From NCBI RefSeq assembly GCF_006345805.1, contig NC_042998.1, positions 86,366,001 to 86,430,000 of the forward strand: 64,000 nt of DNA. The letters run 5' to 3'. Source of the DNA: Octopus sinensis (taxonomy: Eukaryota). Below, in pieces: positions 1 to 12,439 of this stretch. Positions within the stretch are counted from its first letter, which is position 1, and each line of letters starts with the position of its first letter. The translations under genes were made by a program, and so were the position numbers. The notes under the pieces are model-generated. The model was not told where the DNA came from. It saw only the letters and a program-made list of their open reading frames with translations, and ran no database searches.

Positions 1-275
1 ATTCATACATAAATATTCATTGTCTAAATATTTTCAGTCTTTATTTTCTCTCTATTTACATGCATATATGTCTATATATTTTGTGTATATAGCCAAAGCA
101 GTGTCATTTCTTAATTTGCATCGTTGTCTCTACATCTACTTCTTGTTATAGCCACTCTTTACCCCATTGACTTAGTCCTTGGAAAGATTTCAGAGTGTAA
201 CTTCAGATCATTTGAGTGCTAAGTCTTTTCTGTTTGAGTATCTCTGAATTTTATTTGTTAACTCTCTCTCTCTTC

Positions 276-546
276 TCTCATATATATATCTATATATATC
301 AATATATAATATATATCAATATATATATATATCTATCTATATATATCTATATCAATATATATATATATCTATTATATCTATCTATATATATATATAATAT
401 ATATCAATATAATATATATATCTATATATATATATATAGATATATATATATATATATATATATCTAATATATATATATAATCTATATATATATATATTAT
501 TATCAATAATATATATATCTATATATATATATATATAATATATATC

Positions 547-580
<34 letters not shown>

Positions 581-1521
581 ATATATATCAATATATAATA
601 TATATATATATATATATATCTATATTATATATATCTATATATATATTATATTATATATATATATCTATATATATATAATATATATATATCATATATATAT
701 ATATATCTATATATATATATCAATATATATATATATATATATTATCAATATATATATATATCTATATATATACTTATTTTAAGCAGCAGAAAATTCAACA
801 AAATCTGTTACTCTGAGTTTCTCGTTGCCGTTCAACGGCAACGAGAAACTCAGAGTAACAGATTTTGTTGAATTTTCTGCTGCTTAAAATAAAGCATATT
901 ACTCTACCACTGGTATTTGAGTACTCTTTTTTCCACCTTGTTTCACATTTATGTGTTTACTCCGGCTACATAATATCTATATATTATATATATAATATAT
1001 AGATTAATATATATATATATCAATATATATATATCTATATCAATATATATATATCTATATCAATATATATATATATATATCAATATATATATCTATATCA
1101 ATATATATATATATATCTATCTCAATATATATATATCTATCTATCTATCTATATCTATCAATATATATATATATATATTATCTATATATATATATATATC
1201 TATCTATATATATATATATATAATCTATCTATATATATATATATATATCTATCTATATATAATATATATATATCAATCTATATATATATATATATATTAT
1301 ATATATAGATATATATATATATCAATATATTATATATAATATATATATATATTATATATATATCAATATATATATATATATATATCAATATATATCAATA
1401 TATTATCAATATATATCAATATATATATCAATTATATATATATATATATATCAATATATATATATATATATATATCAATATATTATATATATATATCAAT
1501 ATATATATATATATATCAATA

Positions 1522-1561
<40 letters not shown>

Positions 1562-1765
1562 ATATATATATATATATATCAATATATATCAATATATATA
1601 TTATATATATATATATATATATCTATATATATATTATATAATATATATATATCAATATATATATATATATCAATATATATATATATCAATATATATATAT
1701 ATCAATATATATATATATATATCAATATATATATATATCTATATATTATATATATCAATATATAT

Positions 1766-1800
<35 letters not shown>

Positions 1801-1841
1801 TATATTATATATATATAATATAATATATATATTATATATAT

Positions 1842-1880
<39 letters not shown>

Positions 1881-2395
1881 TATATCATATATATCTATAT
1901 AATATATATATCAATATATATCTATATATATATATCTATCTATCTATCTATATATATCTATCTATATATATATATTCTATCTATCTATCTATCTATCTAT
2001 CTATATATATATATCTATCTATCTATATATATATCTATCTATCTATATAATCTATCTATATATATATATCTATCTATATATATCTATCTATCTATATATA
2101 TATCTATCTATCTATCTATATATCTATCTATATATATATTATCTATCTATCAATTATATATATATATATCTATATATATATCATCTATCTATATATATCT
2201 ATCTAATATATATATAATATCTATCTATCTATCTATATCTATATATATATATCTATATATATATATCTATCTATCTATCTATCTATATCTATATCTATAT
2301 ATATATATATCTATATCTATATATATATATCTATCTATCTATCTATATCTATCTATCTATCTATCTATATCTATCTATATCTATCTATCTATCTA

Positions 2396-2444
<49 letters not shown>

Positions 2445-2515
2445 CTATCTATCTATCTATATATCTATCTATCTATCTATATATATATATATCTATCTAT
2501 CTATCTATCTATCTA
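276..2515. repeat. Very long (TA)n/(TATC)n microsatellite
   Basis: Read directly. Interrupted at about 773-970 by a complex sequence. Confidence 0.97.
774..892. repeat. Perfect palindrome, 59-bp arms with 1-nt spacer
   Basis: 774-832 is the exact reverse complement of 834-892; the centre is C833. Confidence 0.95.
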
Positions 2516-2516
2516 G

Positions 2517-4830
2517 CCGCTGCCGCCGCCGTCGTCGTTTAACATCCGTTTTCCATGCTAGCACAGGTTGGACGGTTAGACCAGGGTCTGGGAAGCCTGG
2601 AGGCTGCAGCAGGCTCCAGTCTGATCTGGCAGTGTTTCTACAGTTGGATGCCCTTCCTAACGCCAACCACTCCGTGAGTGTAGTGGGTGCTTTTTACGTC
2701 CCACCGACACAGGTGCCAGGGGAGGCTGGCAGCGGCCACGATCGGTTGGTGTTTTTTATGTACCACCGGCACGGAAGCCAGTCAAGGCGGCGCTGGCATC
2801 GGCCACATTCGGATGGTGCTTTTTACATGCCACCGGCACAGGTATCACAACTACAATTTTACATTTGACTTTTATTGTGATGTTCATGTACTTGACTCAA
2901 TAGGTCTCCTCAAGCACAGCAGGTCACCCTACAATCCAAGGTAAGCACAGCAGGTCGTTCTGCGATCCAAGGTACTTTGGATGGGCTGAAGCTGCTATGC
3001 AAAACTGGTGCAGGAAACAGCCATGAACTCACATTATTTGTCGGGTCTTCGCAGTCACAGCATACGAGGGGCGTTCAATAAGTAATGCCCCTGACCCACT
3101 TCCTATAGCAGTAGAGCAACGAAACTTGGCACAGTTATTAGTCTTTTTCTACATAGGAACCACCCAGAGTTACGCATCTCTCCCATCGTTTGATGCAGCG
3201 CTGGAGACTGTTTTTGTAGAAGACCCCAGCTTGGTCCTCCAACCACGACGTGACTTTAGAAATCAAGGCTGCATCATCTGTGAAATGCTTTCCTTTCAAA
3301 AAAAACTTCATGGCTGGGAAGAGGTGAAAATCAGAGGGTGCAAGGTCAGGAGCGTAGGGGGGATGGGGAAGGAGTTCATAGCAGCACGCCTGTGCTTCTG
3401 ATCTGGCGACACACGAGTTGTGGACCGGAGCATTGTCCTGCAGGAGGAGGATGCCTTTGCTGATCTTGCCCCACCTCTTGATTTTGATAGCTTCTCATAA
3501 TTTCCTCAAAAGTGAAGCATAATAGGCTCCTGTAATTGTGGTACCCTTTGCCAGGAAATCTGTCATCACTACTCCATCCTGGTCCCAGAAGACTGTGAGC
3601 ATGACCTTGCCAGCAGAGGGCTGCACCCTTGCCTTCTTTGGAGGAGGTGAGTCACGGTGCTTCCACTGCATTGACTGGGCTTTGGTCTCTGAATCATAGT
3701 GATGGACCCAGGTTTCATCCTGTGTAATCAGTCTTTTGAAAAATTTTGACTCATCTTCTTGGCACATCTCCAAATTCATCCTCGAGCACTCGACGCGTTC
3801 TTGCTTCTGAAAAGGTGTGAGCAACCTGGGAATCCATCTGGCAGACACCTTTTGCATATGCAAATGGTCATGAATGATAGTTTCCACAGACCGGTACTAA
3901 TCTTGACCTCATGGGCTATTTGGCGAATAGTTATGCATCGATCTTCCAAAATGGCAGCCTCAACTTGACGGACAGATGCCTCATCAATGGCAGAAGGGGG
4001 TGACCAGATCTGGGAGCTGTTTCCACAGAGTTCCGACCATGTTTGAATTCACGATGCCAGCGCTTTACAAGGTCATATGATGGGGCATCATCACTATAAG
4101 TTACTTTCATTTCATCAAAAGTCTCCTGTGGTGTGCGTCCTTTCAAATACAAAAACCGGATCACTGCTCGACACTCAACAGGCTCCATTTCACACTTGAC
4201 TCAGTTCAAACACCTGTAAATCAGAAACCACAATTGGCTCAGAGCTGTAATTTGCCAATTAATCTATAGAGATATAAATAATTGCACATGCAAAATTTCA
4301 GCTAGATCAAACAACTGCAAATGGGTCAGAGGCATTACTTATTGAACGTCCCTCGTATCTCCAGAGATCTCGGTCTTTCGTCATTGCCTCTGTGAGGCCC
4401 AACATTTGAAGGTTATGCTTGACCACCTCATCCCATGTCTTCCTGGGTCTACTTCTACTCCGGATTCCTTCAACTATTTGGGAGTGGCACTTCTTCACAC
4501 ATCTCTCTTCATCCATCCATAGTACATGACCATACCAGCGCAAGCGTCTCTCTTGCACACTACATCCAATGCTTCTTATGTCCAGCATTTCTCTCAGGGC
4601 ACTTACACTCTGTTGTGTGTGCACACTGACATTACACATCCAGCGGATCATGCTAGCTTCATTTCTTTCAAGCCTACACCTGTCTTCTACAGTCACAGCC
4701 CATGTTTCACTACCGTGAAGCATGGCAGTTCACACAGATGCGTCGTACAATCTACCATTCACTCTGAGTGAGAGACCCTTTGTCACCAGTAGGAGTAGAA
4801 GCTTTCTAAACTTTGCCCAGGCTATATACA
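2517..4830 (-). mobile_element. RTE-type LINE 3' portion, split by a mariner insertion
   Basis: ORF 4307-4723 (MLHGSETWAVT...RLRWYGHV...RPRKTWDEVV) plus the 3' UTR shared with many copies in the window. The empty site CAGCA-TA-TCTCCAGAG matches the copy at about 53345. Confidence 0.88.
3065..4355 (-). mobile_element. Full-length defective mariner transposon (about 1.29 kb)
   Basis: TIRs CGAGGG(G/A)CGTTCAATAAGTAATGCC(C/T)CTGACCCA with TA duplication at 3063-64 and 4356-57. Transposase fragments MEPVECRAVIRFL..., WIPRLLT, TQDETW and a PY-x-PDLAPSDF-like motif. Frameshift and stop present. Confidence 0.95.
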
Positions 4831-4869
4831 CACATACACGCACACACATATATATCGTCATTATCATCT

Positions 4870-6180
4870 TTATCACTTATTGTCTATGTTTTGGCATGGG
4901 TTAGATGGATTGGCCATAGCTGGTAAGTCTAGAGAGCTGCACCATGTTCCAGCTGTCTGTTTTGGCATGGTTTCTATGGCTAGATGCCCTTCCTAACATC
5001 AATCACTTCCCAGAGTGTACTGTGTGTCCTTTATGTGTCACTAGCATGGGTGCTTTTTATGTATCACCATCATTAGACATGGCCATGATTTCACTTACCT
5101 TGATGTGTATTCTCAAGCACAGAAAATTGCCATGATTCTCATTTACTTGAAATCACCACCATGATACTCAACAACCAGAGATCATATTTCACCACCTTGT
5201 CCCATGCTTTCCTAAGTCTACCTCTTCCACAAGTTTCCTCCAATTTAGAGATTGACACTTCTTTACACAACTGTCCTCATTCATACGCACCACAAGACTA
5301 TATTAGCACAGTCTTCTCTTTTGCACACTACATCTGAGGCCTCTTATACCCAATTTTTCTCTTAAGGCACTTACACTATCATATGTGCACACTGACATTG
5401 CACATCCAGTGGAACATCCTAGCTTCATAGACCCAGGAAGACACGGGACAAAGTGGTGAAGCATGATCTTTGAACTTTGAGTCCCACAAAAGCAATGACT
5501 AATAACTGAGACCTTTAGTGGTATGCTATACTTGAGAAGCACATCAAGTCAAGTGAAATCATAGTCATGGCTGATGTTGGTGTCGTGTAACTGGTACAAA
5601 TGCCAACAGCATGTAACCGTTCGAGCATTGAGCCTCACAGAGGCAAAGTGGATGAGTTCCTTTCAAGTGCTGGGCCTCACGGAGGCAAAGTGGTTGAGTT
5701 CCTTTCGAGTGTTGGGCTCCCTGGATGCAAAGTGGCTGCATTCCTTTCCAGTATTGGGTCTCATGGAGACAAACTGACTGAGTTCCTTTCGAGTGTTGTG
5801 CTTCCTGAAGACAAAGAGGCTAGGTTTCTTTCAAGCATTGGGCCTCACAGAGGCAAAGTGGCTGACTTCCTTTCAAGTGTTGGGTCTCACGGAGGCAATG
5901 ACCAAGACCTTAGGCATTATGTCGTGCTTGAGAAGAAGACCTGTCAAACCAAGCAAAATCACAGTTGTGACATATACCAGTGTCATGTAAATGGCTCCCA
6001 TTCTGGTGGCATGAAAAAGCACCCATTACACCCTCAGAGTGGTTGGCATTAGGAAGGGCATCCAGCCACAGAAAACCATGCCAAACCAGACTGAAGTCTG
6101 ATGCAGCCTTCCAGCTTACCAACCATCCAAACCATCTAACTCATGCCAGCATGGACAACAGACATTAAATGATGATGATA
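4870..6180. mobile_element. Two RTE 3' fragments head-to-head (minus about 4870-5423, plus about 5424-6180)
   Basis: The RPRKTWD-VV coding segment occurs in both orientations (about 5187-5218 and 5428-5460). The plus copy ends in a (GAT)n tail. Confidence 0.75.
5626..5898 (+). repeat. 42-bp tandem array (about 6.5 units) within an RTE 3' end
   Basis: Unit resembles GGGCCTCACGGAGGCAAAGTGGTTGAGTTCCTTTCGAGTGTT. A shorter array of the same unit is at about 60052-60156. Confidence 0.88.
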
Positions 6181-6346
6181 TATATACATATATGTATGTA
6201 TAAGTATATATGTGCGTGTATACACACACACACCTGCTAAAAGACGCATGCAGACACCCATATATGTTCTCCCAAACAAAGCGGTATGCAACCATAAGTT
6301 TATACACAAATGCAGAAATGTACATACTTACTTATACACCCACCCA

Positions 6347-6382
<36 letters not shown>

Positions 6383-7172
6383 AATATAAATATATATGTG
6401 TATATATATCACAGTATCACAGAAATGACCAGACTATCAGGTGCTATTATACAATGCTGGTCATAATGCACTTCCAATTCTGTCTTTTCCATTTTGACCC
6501 AAATTGCTTAGCTAGATCATCTTCCCATTAGGCCATTCAAGTGGCCTATTCTGAACTCTTAGATACCACCCGGCAACTGCACAAGTCCACCTGTTGTCTG
6601 TGAACTTTGCAACATTTTAGGTCCAGTGGAACTTGTGCTTTCAGTATTCACCAATCACATCATTCACTCTGCTCTGTTATTGAATGATATCATTTCAAAT
6701 ATGTTCTTTTAATGATATTCCTAGCATGGATCTTTCTATAACCCTTTGCATCACCACCAATCATTCTATCCTTTTCATAGTAGCTCAAGTCTGACTTGCA
6801 TATAAAAGCACAGGTAGGATGGTATTATTGAAGTGTTTGGCATGTATGGTATTGTCTATCTTTGTTTTGAACACATTCTTTATTGAATTAAACACTTTCC
6901 ATCCTGCCCTTATTCTATTTACTAGACATATGCTCCATCATTCATGTACATTAACATTAGACATCAAGCAAATGTACACTCATCTTATTTCTTGCTAATA
7001 TTCACAAACCTTCTGCATGTAATTCCCATGTTTCACTATCATACAATATCTTACACCCACATGCATGGTAGTTACATGTGAAGAGTATGTTGTCATCAAG
7101 TCGCAATTTGTAAAAAGGTATAAATGGCTGCATACAATGATCACAGAACTATTATTAAAAAAAAGAATGAAG

Positions 7173-7550
7173 TAGGCACAGGCATGCCTGTGTGGTAAGA
7201 AGCTTGCTTCCCATCCACTTGGTTCCAGGTTCAGTCCCACAGCATGACACTTAGGGCAAGTGTCTTCTACTATAGCCTCAGGCTGACCAAAGCCTTGTGA
7301 GTGAATTCAGTAGATGGAAACTGGACGAAGCCTACTGCATGTGTGTGTGTCTTTATGTCTGTACTTGATAACCAGTGTTGGTGTCTTTACATCCCCATAA
7401 CTTAGCAGTTTGGCAAAAGAGACCAATAGAATAAGTAAGAGGTTTAAGAAAAAAAGTACTGAGAGTAGATTCTTTCAACTAAAAATTTTTTAAGGTAGTG
7501 CTCCAGCATGACTGCTGTCTAATGACTGAAACAAGTAAAAGATAAAGATA
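7173..7550 (+). mobile_element. tRNA-derived SINE (family 2)
   Basis: 5' end GGCACAGGCATG..TGTGTGGTAAGAAG...GGTTCAGTCCCA with A/B-box-like motifs. Related fragments at about 20030-20165, 22880-23050 (minus) and 44915-45070 (minus). Confidence 0.75.
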
Positions 7551-8011
7551 GCAATAAATAGGAACAATACAGGACATATGTACTGTCCCTATGCTAGGAT
7601 ATTTACATGGACCCATTAAGCAATTGTTATGAATTAGTTTATATAATAAAGTTCTTTCATTTCATCCATTCAATGATTAGTGCAAGAGTGAAACAAGACA
7701 ACTTTCTAAATGTATATTTGGAGAAAGTTGCTTCAAATAAGCTCTGATTGTTGTCTTTTAGTCCCAGTTTAGACCTATGGTCAAAGACAAAGTAGCCATG
7801 ACAATCTTAGCCAGACAATATTATCCAATGTGCCTTTATTTAATGACAATACAGCGTCATTTAAGGATATACGACTGCAATTTTTAGCTGGTTCAGTGAT
7901 CACTTACAGACTCCTTTTTGGCTAGATCTTATTGATTTGTAAACTTGATAATGAAGAAAAAATATGTATGTACTCAAATTGTTTTAGAAAAGCAAAATGG
8001 TGTAAACATAC

Positions 8012-8242
8012 CTTAACAGTAGCTGTAGTATCCAAGCCATTGGTGTCGTTAGCCTTAATAAGCATTTGAATATATCCACTGACACTTGAATCAAGATCTG
8101 CTTTTCGATAAATACCACTATTTCTTATTTCAAAGGGAGTCTTCAATTGTTTCAATGCATCATTGCCAAAGTATTCAAAGGATTCAATGAAATATTTATG
8201 CTGCTTATTCTTTGGGTCAGTATCTGCATCATTCACATAATA
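8012..8242 (-). CDS. Cadherin gene (minus strand), 3'-most exon found; atypical last-type EC repeat
   Basis: Acceptor TTCTTGTTAG, donor GTATGT, phase 0/0. Encodes YYVNDADTDPKN...DLDSSVSGYIQMLIKANDTNGLDTTATVK. No stop codon; I found no transmembrane exon in the window. Confidence 0.88.
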
Positions 8243-9094
8243 CTAACAAGAAAATATCAAAGAACCTTATAAATACTTTTGATCCACATATAATAATCTT
8301 AAAATTCAAGAAATACATACATAAATAAAATGGTACAAGCTCTAATAAAATAAATGTGAGCAAAATGTTAAATTTTATAATGAATTGAGTAAATCCCACT
8401 AATACTTATTTTATAATTCCTCTAAAGGGATGAAAAGGCAAAGTCAAATTCCATGTGTTACAGACTCAGAACAATTTCAAATTCCAACTGAAGTTGCACC
8501 ATATGAATTCAAGAAGAGATATCTTCTCTATCAACTTGAGAAATTCAAGACTAAAATATGTATAAAATCTCCCCTACCATAAATTCAATTGAAGGGGAAA
8601 CATGATAGATCTTATTGATTTCTAATCTAAAATAAGGAAGAAATTTATATCTCATCTGTTTGAAACCCTGATAGATTATGGAACTAATTGTCTTGTTTAG
8701 TTTTGTTCTCAATGCCTGGAGTTCAAATACGACAAATACTGAATTTATTTATCCTCCTCTGACCATATGAAAACTATTCAACAACACAACTTAGAAAATA
8801 AACTTGAGTTTCATAAAAAGTAATCAACATAAAGAAAGCTCAGCAATGAATGAGTTTATGGATGATTAATGGGTTGGATGGGTGTTGATAAAGGAGCAAA
8901 AACTCCCAAAATATGGCATATATACCCATTACTCATTTTCCCCTCTTCAATCTCATTGTTTGTCTTCATCTGGCACCTTGGATATGAAAATCATAACTAA
9001 ATCAATACTGGTTACAATTTCTATGAAAAATCAGTAGAGATGATCTTATAACATGGTTTAAGTGCACTACTAATACAGTAGTACACTGTAGTAC

Positions 9095-9317
9095 AAAGGT
9101 GGTGAGCTGGCAGAATCATTAGCACTGGGCAACGGTATTTCGTCTGCTGTTACGTTCTGAGTTCAAATTCCGCCGAGGTCGACTTTGCCTTTCATCCTTT
9201 TGGGGTTGATGAAATAAGTACCAGTTACGCACTGGAGTTGATGTAATCGATTTAATCCCTTTCTCTGTCTGTGTTTGTCCCCTCTATGTTCAGCTCCTTG
9301 TGGGCAATAAAGAAATA
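9095..9317 (+). mobile_element. tRNA-derived SINE (family 1) with probable TSD
   Basis: AAGG(T/C)GGTGAGCTGGCAGAA...GAGTTCAAATTCCGCCGAGGTCGAC. Flanked by AATACAGTAGTACAC at 9072-9086 and 9318-9332. Confidence 0.82.
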
Positions 9318-9395
9318 AATACAGTAGTACACAGTATTGACTCATGAAAACATTTAAAATAAGCTCTGAAAGTTTCAGCATTTAAATATACTTAC

Positions 9396-9703
9396 TTTAA
9401 ACTCTAATATTTTTTCTTCTTTAGAAATATCAAATATAATAGCTTTACTAAGTGTCTTTTCAGTAAATATTGGTGAATTGTCATCAGCATCTTGAATGAC
9501 AACATCTATAATCATTTTGTTGAGTAAATCAGGAGAGGGAGATTTAGGACATGAAGCATTATATGTGACCTCAATACAATTCTGGACAAATACCACCAGT
9601 TTTAAGAATTTTGTTGTTTCATAATCAACTTCTTTCTTGGTCTCAATTAAAGCAGCATTAGAATCATTCTTTAAAACAAAATAGCTTGCAGGTTCACTAT
9701 CAA
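9396..9703 (-). CDS. Cadherin gene (minus strand), exon
   Basis: Acceptor TTTTTCAG, donor GTAAGT, phase 1 in and 0 out. Encodes (V)DSEPASYFVL...KEVDYETTKF...VIQDADDNSPIFTEKTLSKAIIFD...KILEFK. Confidence 0.92.
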
Positions 9704-12439
9704 CTGAAAAAGTTCAAAAGATGTAAATGAAAGAGAATCAAAGCAATTAAAATGGGTTTAGGAAAAAGAAGAAAATCAGTATGTAATTTATTTAATGGGT
9801 AATTTAAGTAAACAGTTGTTTCAAGATGACATAGATTGTAGTAGTCTGAAATTCAAATCAAGTTTATTATTTTCTTTTGCTATGTGCATGAATAGTCAAA
9901 GCCCCACATGAGAACTCAATCACAACACTGCAGACTAATTTATATAATTTCATAATTCTCTCACTGCTCTTTCTTATGTGCTGCACTGTTCTATGATACA
10001 TATAGCTAGATAGACTGGACCATCGAGATTCAAGTGTTTTTGCTAATAAAAAATAGTTTATCTGTTCTGATGTCACAGACAGTAAAAGGCTCATACAACT
10101 TTGAACAGGTTACACAAGCCTCTCCCAAAAGACATTCTGATTCATCTAGACTTACAGATTTGTAATGTGATTCCAAGATACAATATACAATTTACAATAT
10201 ATTCTTTCCTTCTAAATCTATAAGTATAATTCCATGCTGCTCAATATCTCTTAACTTGTCTCGCTCTTTTCTTTATATCTTATAGTATTTTATACAACAC
10301 TGTTCCATTACAATGTTTCCCTTGTTCTGTGTGAACTTCAGTTTAAAACAGAACTTCTCAGTGGTTTGCAATAGAGTGTCTCTTTAGAATGCTCATCATT
10401 CCTCTAGATTATATAATTTCACCATCATTGTACTTAAACACTATAGCATAGATTATAAATCTTTCGCAAATCTGCAGACAAGGATTGATTTATAATTATA
10501 GTAGTTCCTCTTGCTTTTTTAATGCCCTCAATTAATGTATAAACAATAAAACTCTTAATACTGCCTTGAGCTCACTGAGTCTGAAAACCCATTAAATGAT
10601 ACATCTGATGATGAATATTCAAGTAATTTACTTATTTGAATTTGAGAAACAAATAGATATTTATCCTTAAATTTTAAAGAATAGTAGGAATGTGGAATTT
10701 TATTATGCAACTCTAATGTACTATAAAATATATTAAATGTTTTTATAAGTCAACACCACATCCTAGCAGTGCTCTTTACAATATTTTGTTACGGTTATTT
10801 CTACAGAAACTATAGCCAGCACTGATTTTTTGCTATAACGTTTCATATCTTTATATTTAAAACTTTTTAGAATAAAATATATCCAAACAATTCAATATAA
10901 TGAAAATGAACCAGCTCTGGCTCTGAGTACAAATGTCTTGTTTTCATAAGTTTTGAATTAAAATCTTCCACCAAACTCTAGTCACAATTTATGTTCCTAA
11001 CACTAGCTTAATGATAACTAAGTTATTTTAATTAAATTCTTTGTTATATTTAAGATTAATTGAAAGATACATAGATCATCTCAAAATAGGTACGGTAATG
11101 AAAGGGTTAAAATGGGTATCAAAGTTGCTTAGCCCCAGGCTAGCCCTAATCAGACAGACTAATTTCAGTGACTTTCCTTTATTTATCAGGATAGCTAGGA
11201 TCACTCTTTCAGTTTACTGTTTCTATTTTCAAGGTGATATGGAGAGAATTGAGGGCATTGGTTGCTATCAATTGGGTCAAGTGAACTTGTAGAAATTCCC
11301 ATTTGCTAGTGATTGGGCATTAAACTTAACTGCAATATTAATGATTCTTGTCACCTACTTTGGCAATAGTTCTCATTAAGGATATAAGAAAATTTACCTT
11401 CCAGTAACTCAAGGGTGCACCCTGACACATTTTCACCACCATTCTTTTTCTCTTCCAACTGGAGTATCCAGCAAGATATTCTATTATCTTTAACTTCTTA
11501 TCACATAGCATAAAACCAGCTCCCCCAATACATCCCTACCACCTCAATTGAGGAGGAGACTTGCAAGTTACATGGTAACCATACTAGTGCTAGTACCATT
11601 TAAAAAACACCTGACATACTGTGTAAAGTGATTGGCATCAGGATAGGCATCTAGCCATAGACATCAGATCAAAGCAGACATTGAAGATTGAAGTTGTCCT
11701 CTGGCCTGCCAGCTCCTGTCTCACTGGTCAACCCACACTAGCATGGAAAATGGACATTAAATGATGAGGATAATGATGATGATGAACTTGGCACTTAAAT
11801 ATTTGTGCTTACACTGAGGTTTCAATTGTTGACACTTTCTAAATCAATAGTTACTGTTGTTTGACTCAGGTCAGCCTTGATTGAGTGGCCCTATGTTCAA
11901 AGGTATTCCAGATATGACTATGCTGTCTCAACAACAACATTGTTTAATGCCTTTCTTGCATTAAGACAGTAGAGTGTGATTTGAAGGAAATTTGACAGTT
12001 ATTTCTGGAAAGTCCAGCAACCTTTTATAAGCACCCTCAGTGGCTTGTATTCAATAGTTAGGGTATCACAACCAATTCCAAGAGGAACACTCCACTCAAA
12101 ATCCAAGTTTTATAATCTACTCCAAAGGAATTAAATCCATACTCCTTATTTATATCTAAGTGAAGCATTTCTTTATCTTAAATAGCAGCATGCAACCAAC
12201 ATCAAATTGCCTTTCTTTTGACATTTGTACCATAGAAGTGACCAATCAGAAGACTAAATTCCTACAGCATTTGGCATTGTACTTCTTTTAATCTATCCTC
12301 AAAACTGTCTATATGCTGCTCACCTAAACAAGGTGGAGGACATCTTGCTGGTGAGTTTCATTTTAGGCTTGTTTTTACATCTAGGTACCCTCACTAATAC
12401 CAACCAATTTAGAGAGTGCACTTGGTGCATTTCTCTTTT

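Noticed and set aside
276-2515. Coded pattern in the CAAT/TCTA interruptions of the TA tract
   Set aside because: There is no consistent periodicity. It is compatible with slippage or consensus errors in low-complexity sequence.
5626-5898. CRISPR-like regular repeats
   Set aside because: The units are contiguous and degenerate with no unique spacers, they derive from a LINE 3' end, and the context is eukaryotic with no cas genes.
7173-9317. tRNA genes
   Set aside because: A/B-box-like motifs belong to multi-copy SINE heads, with no complete cloverleaf.
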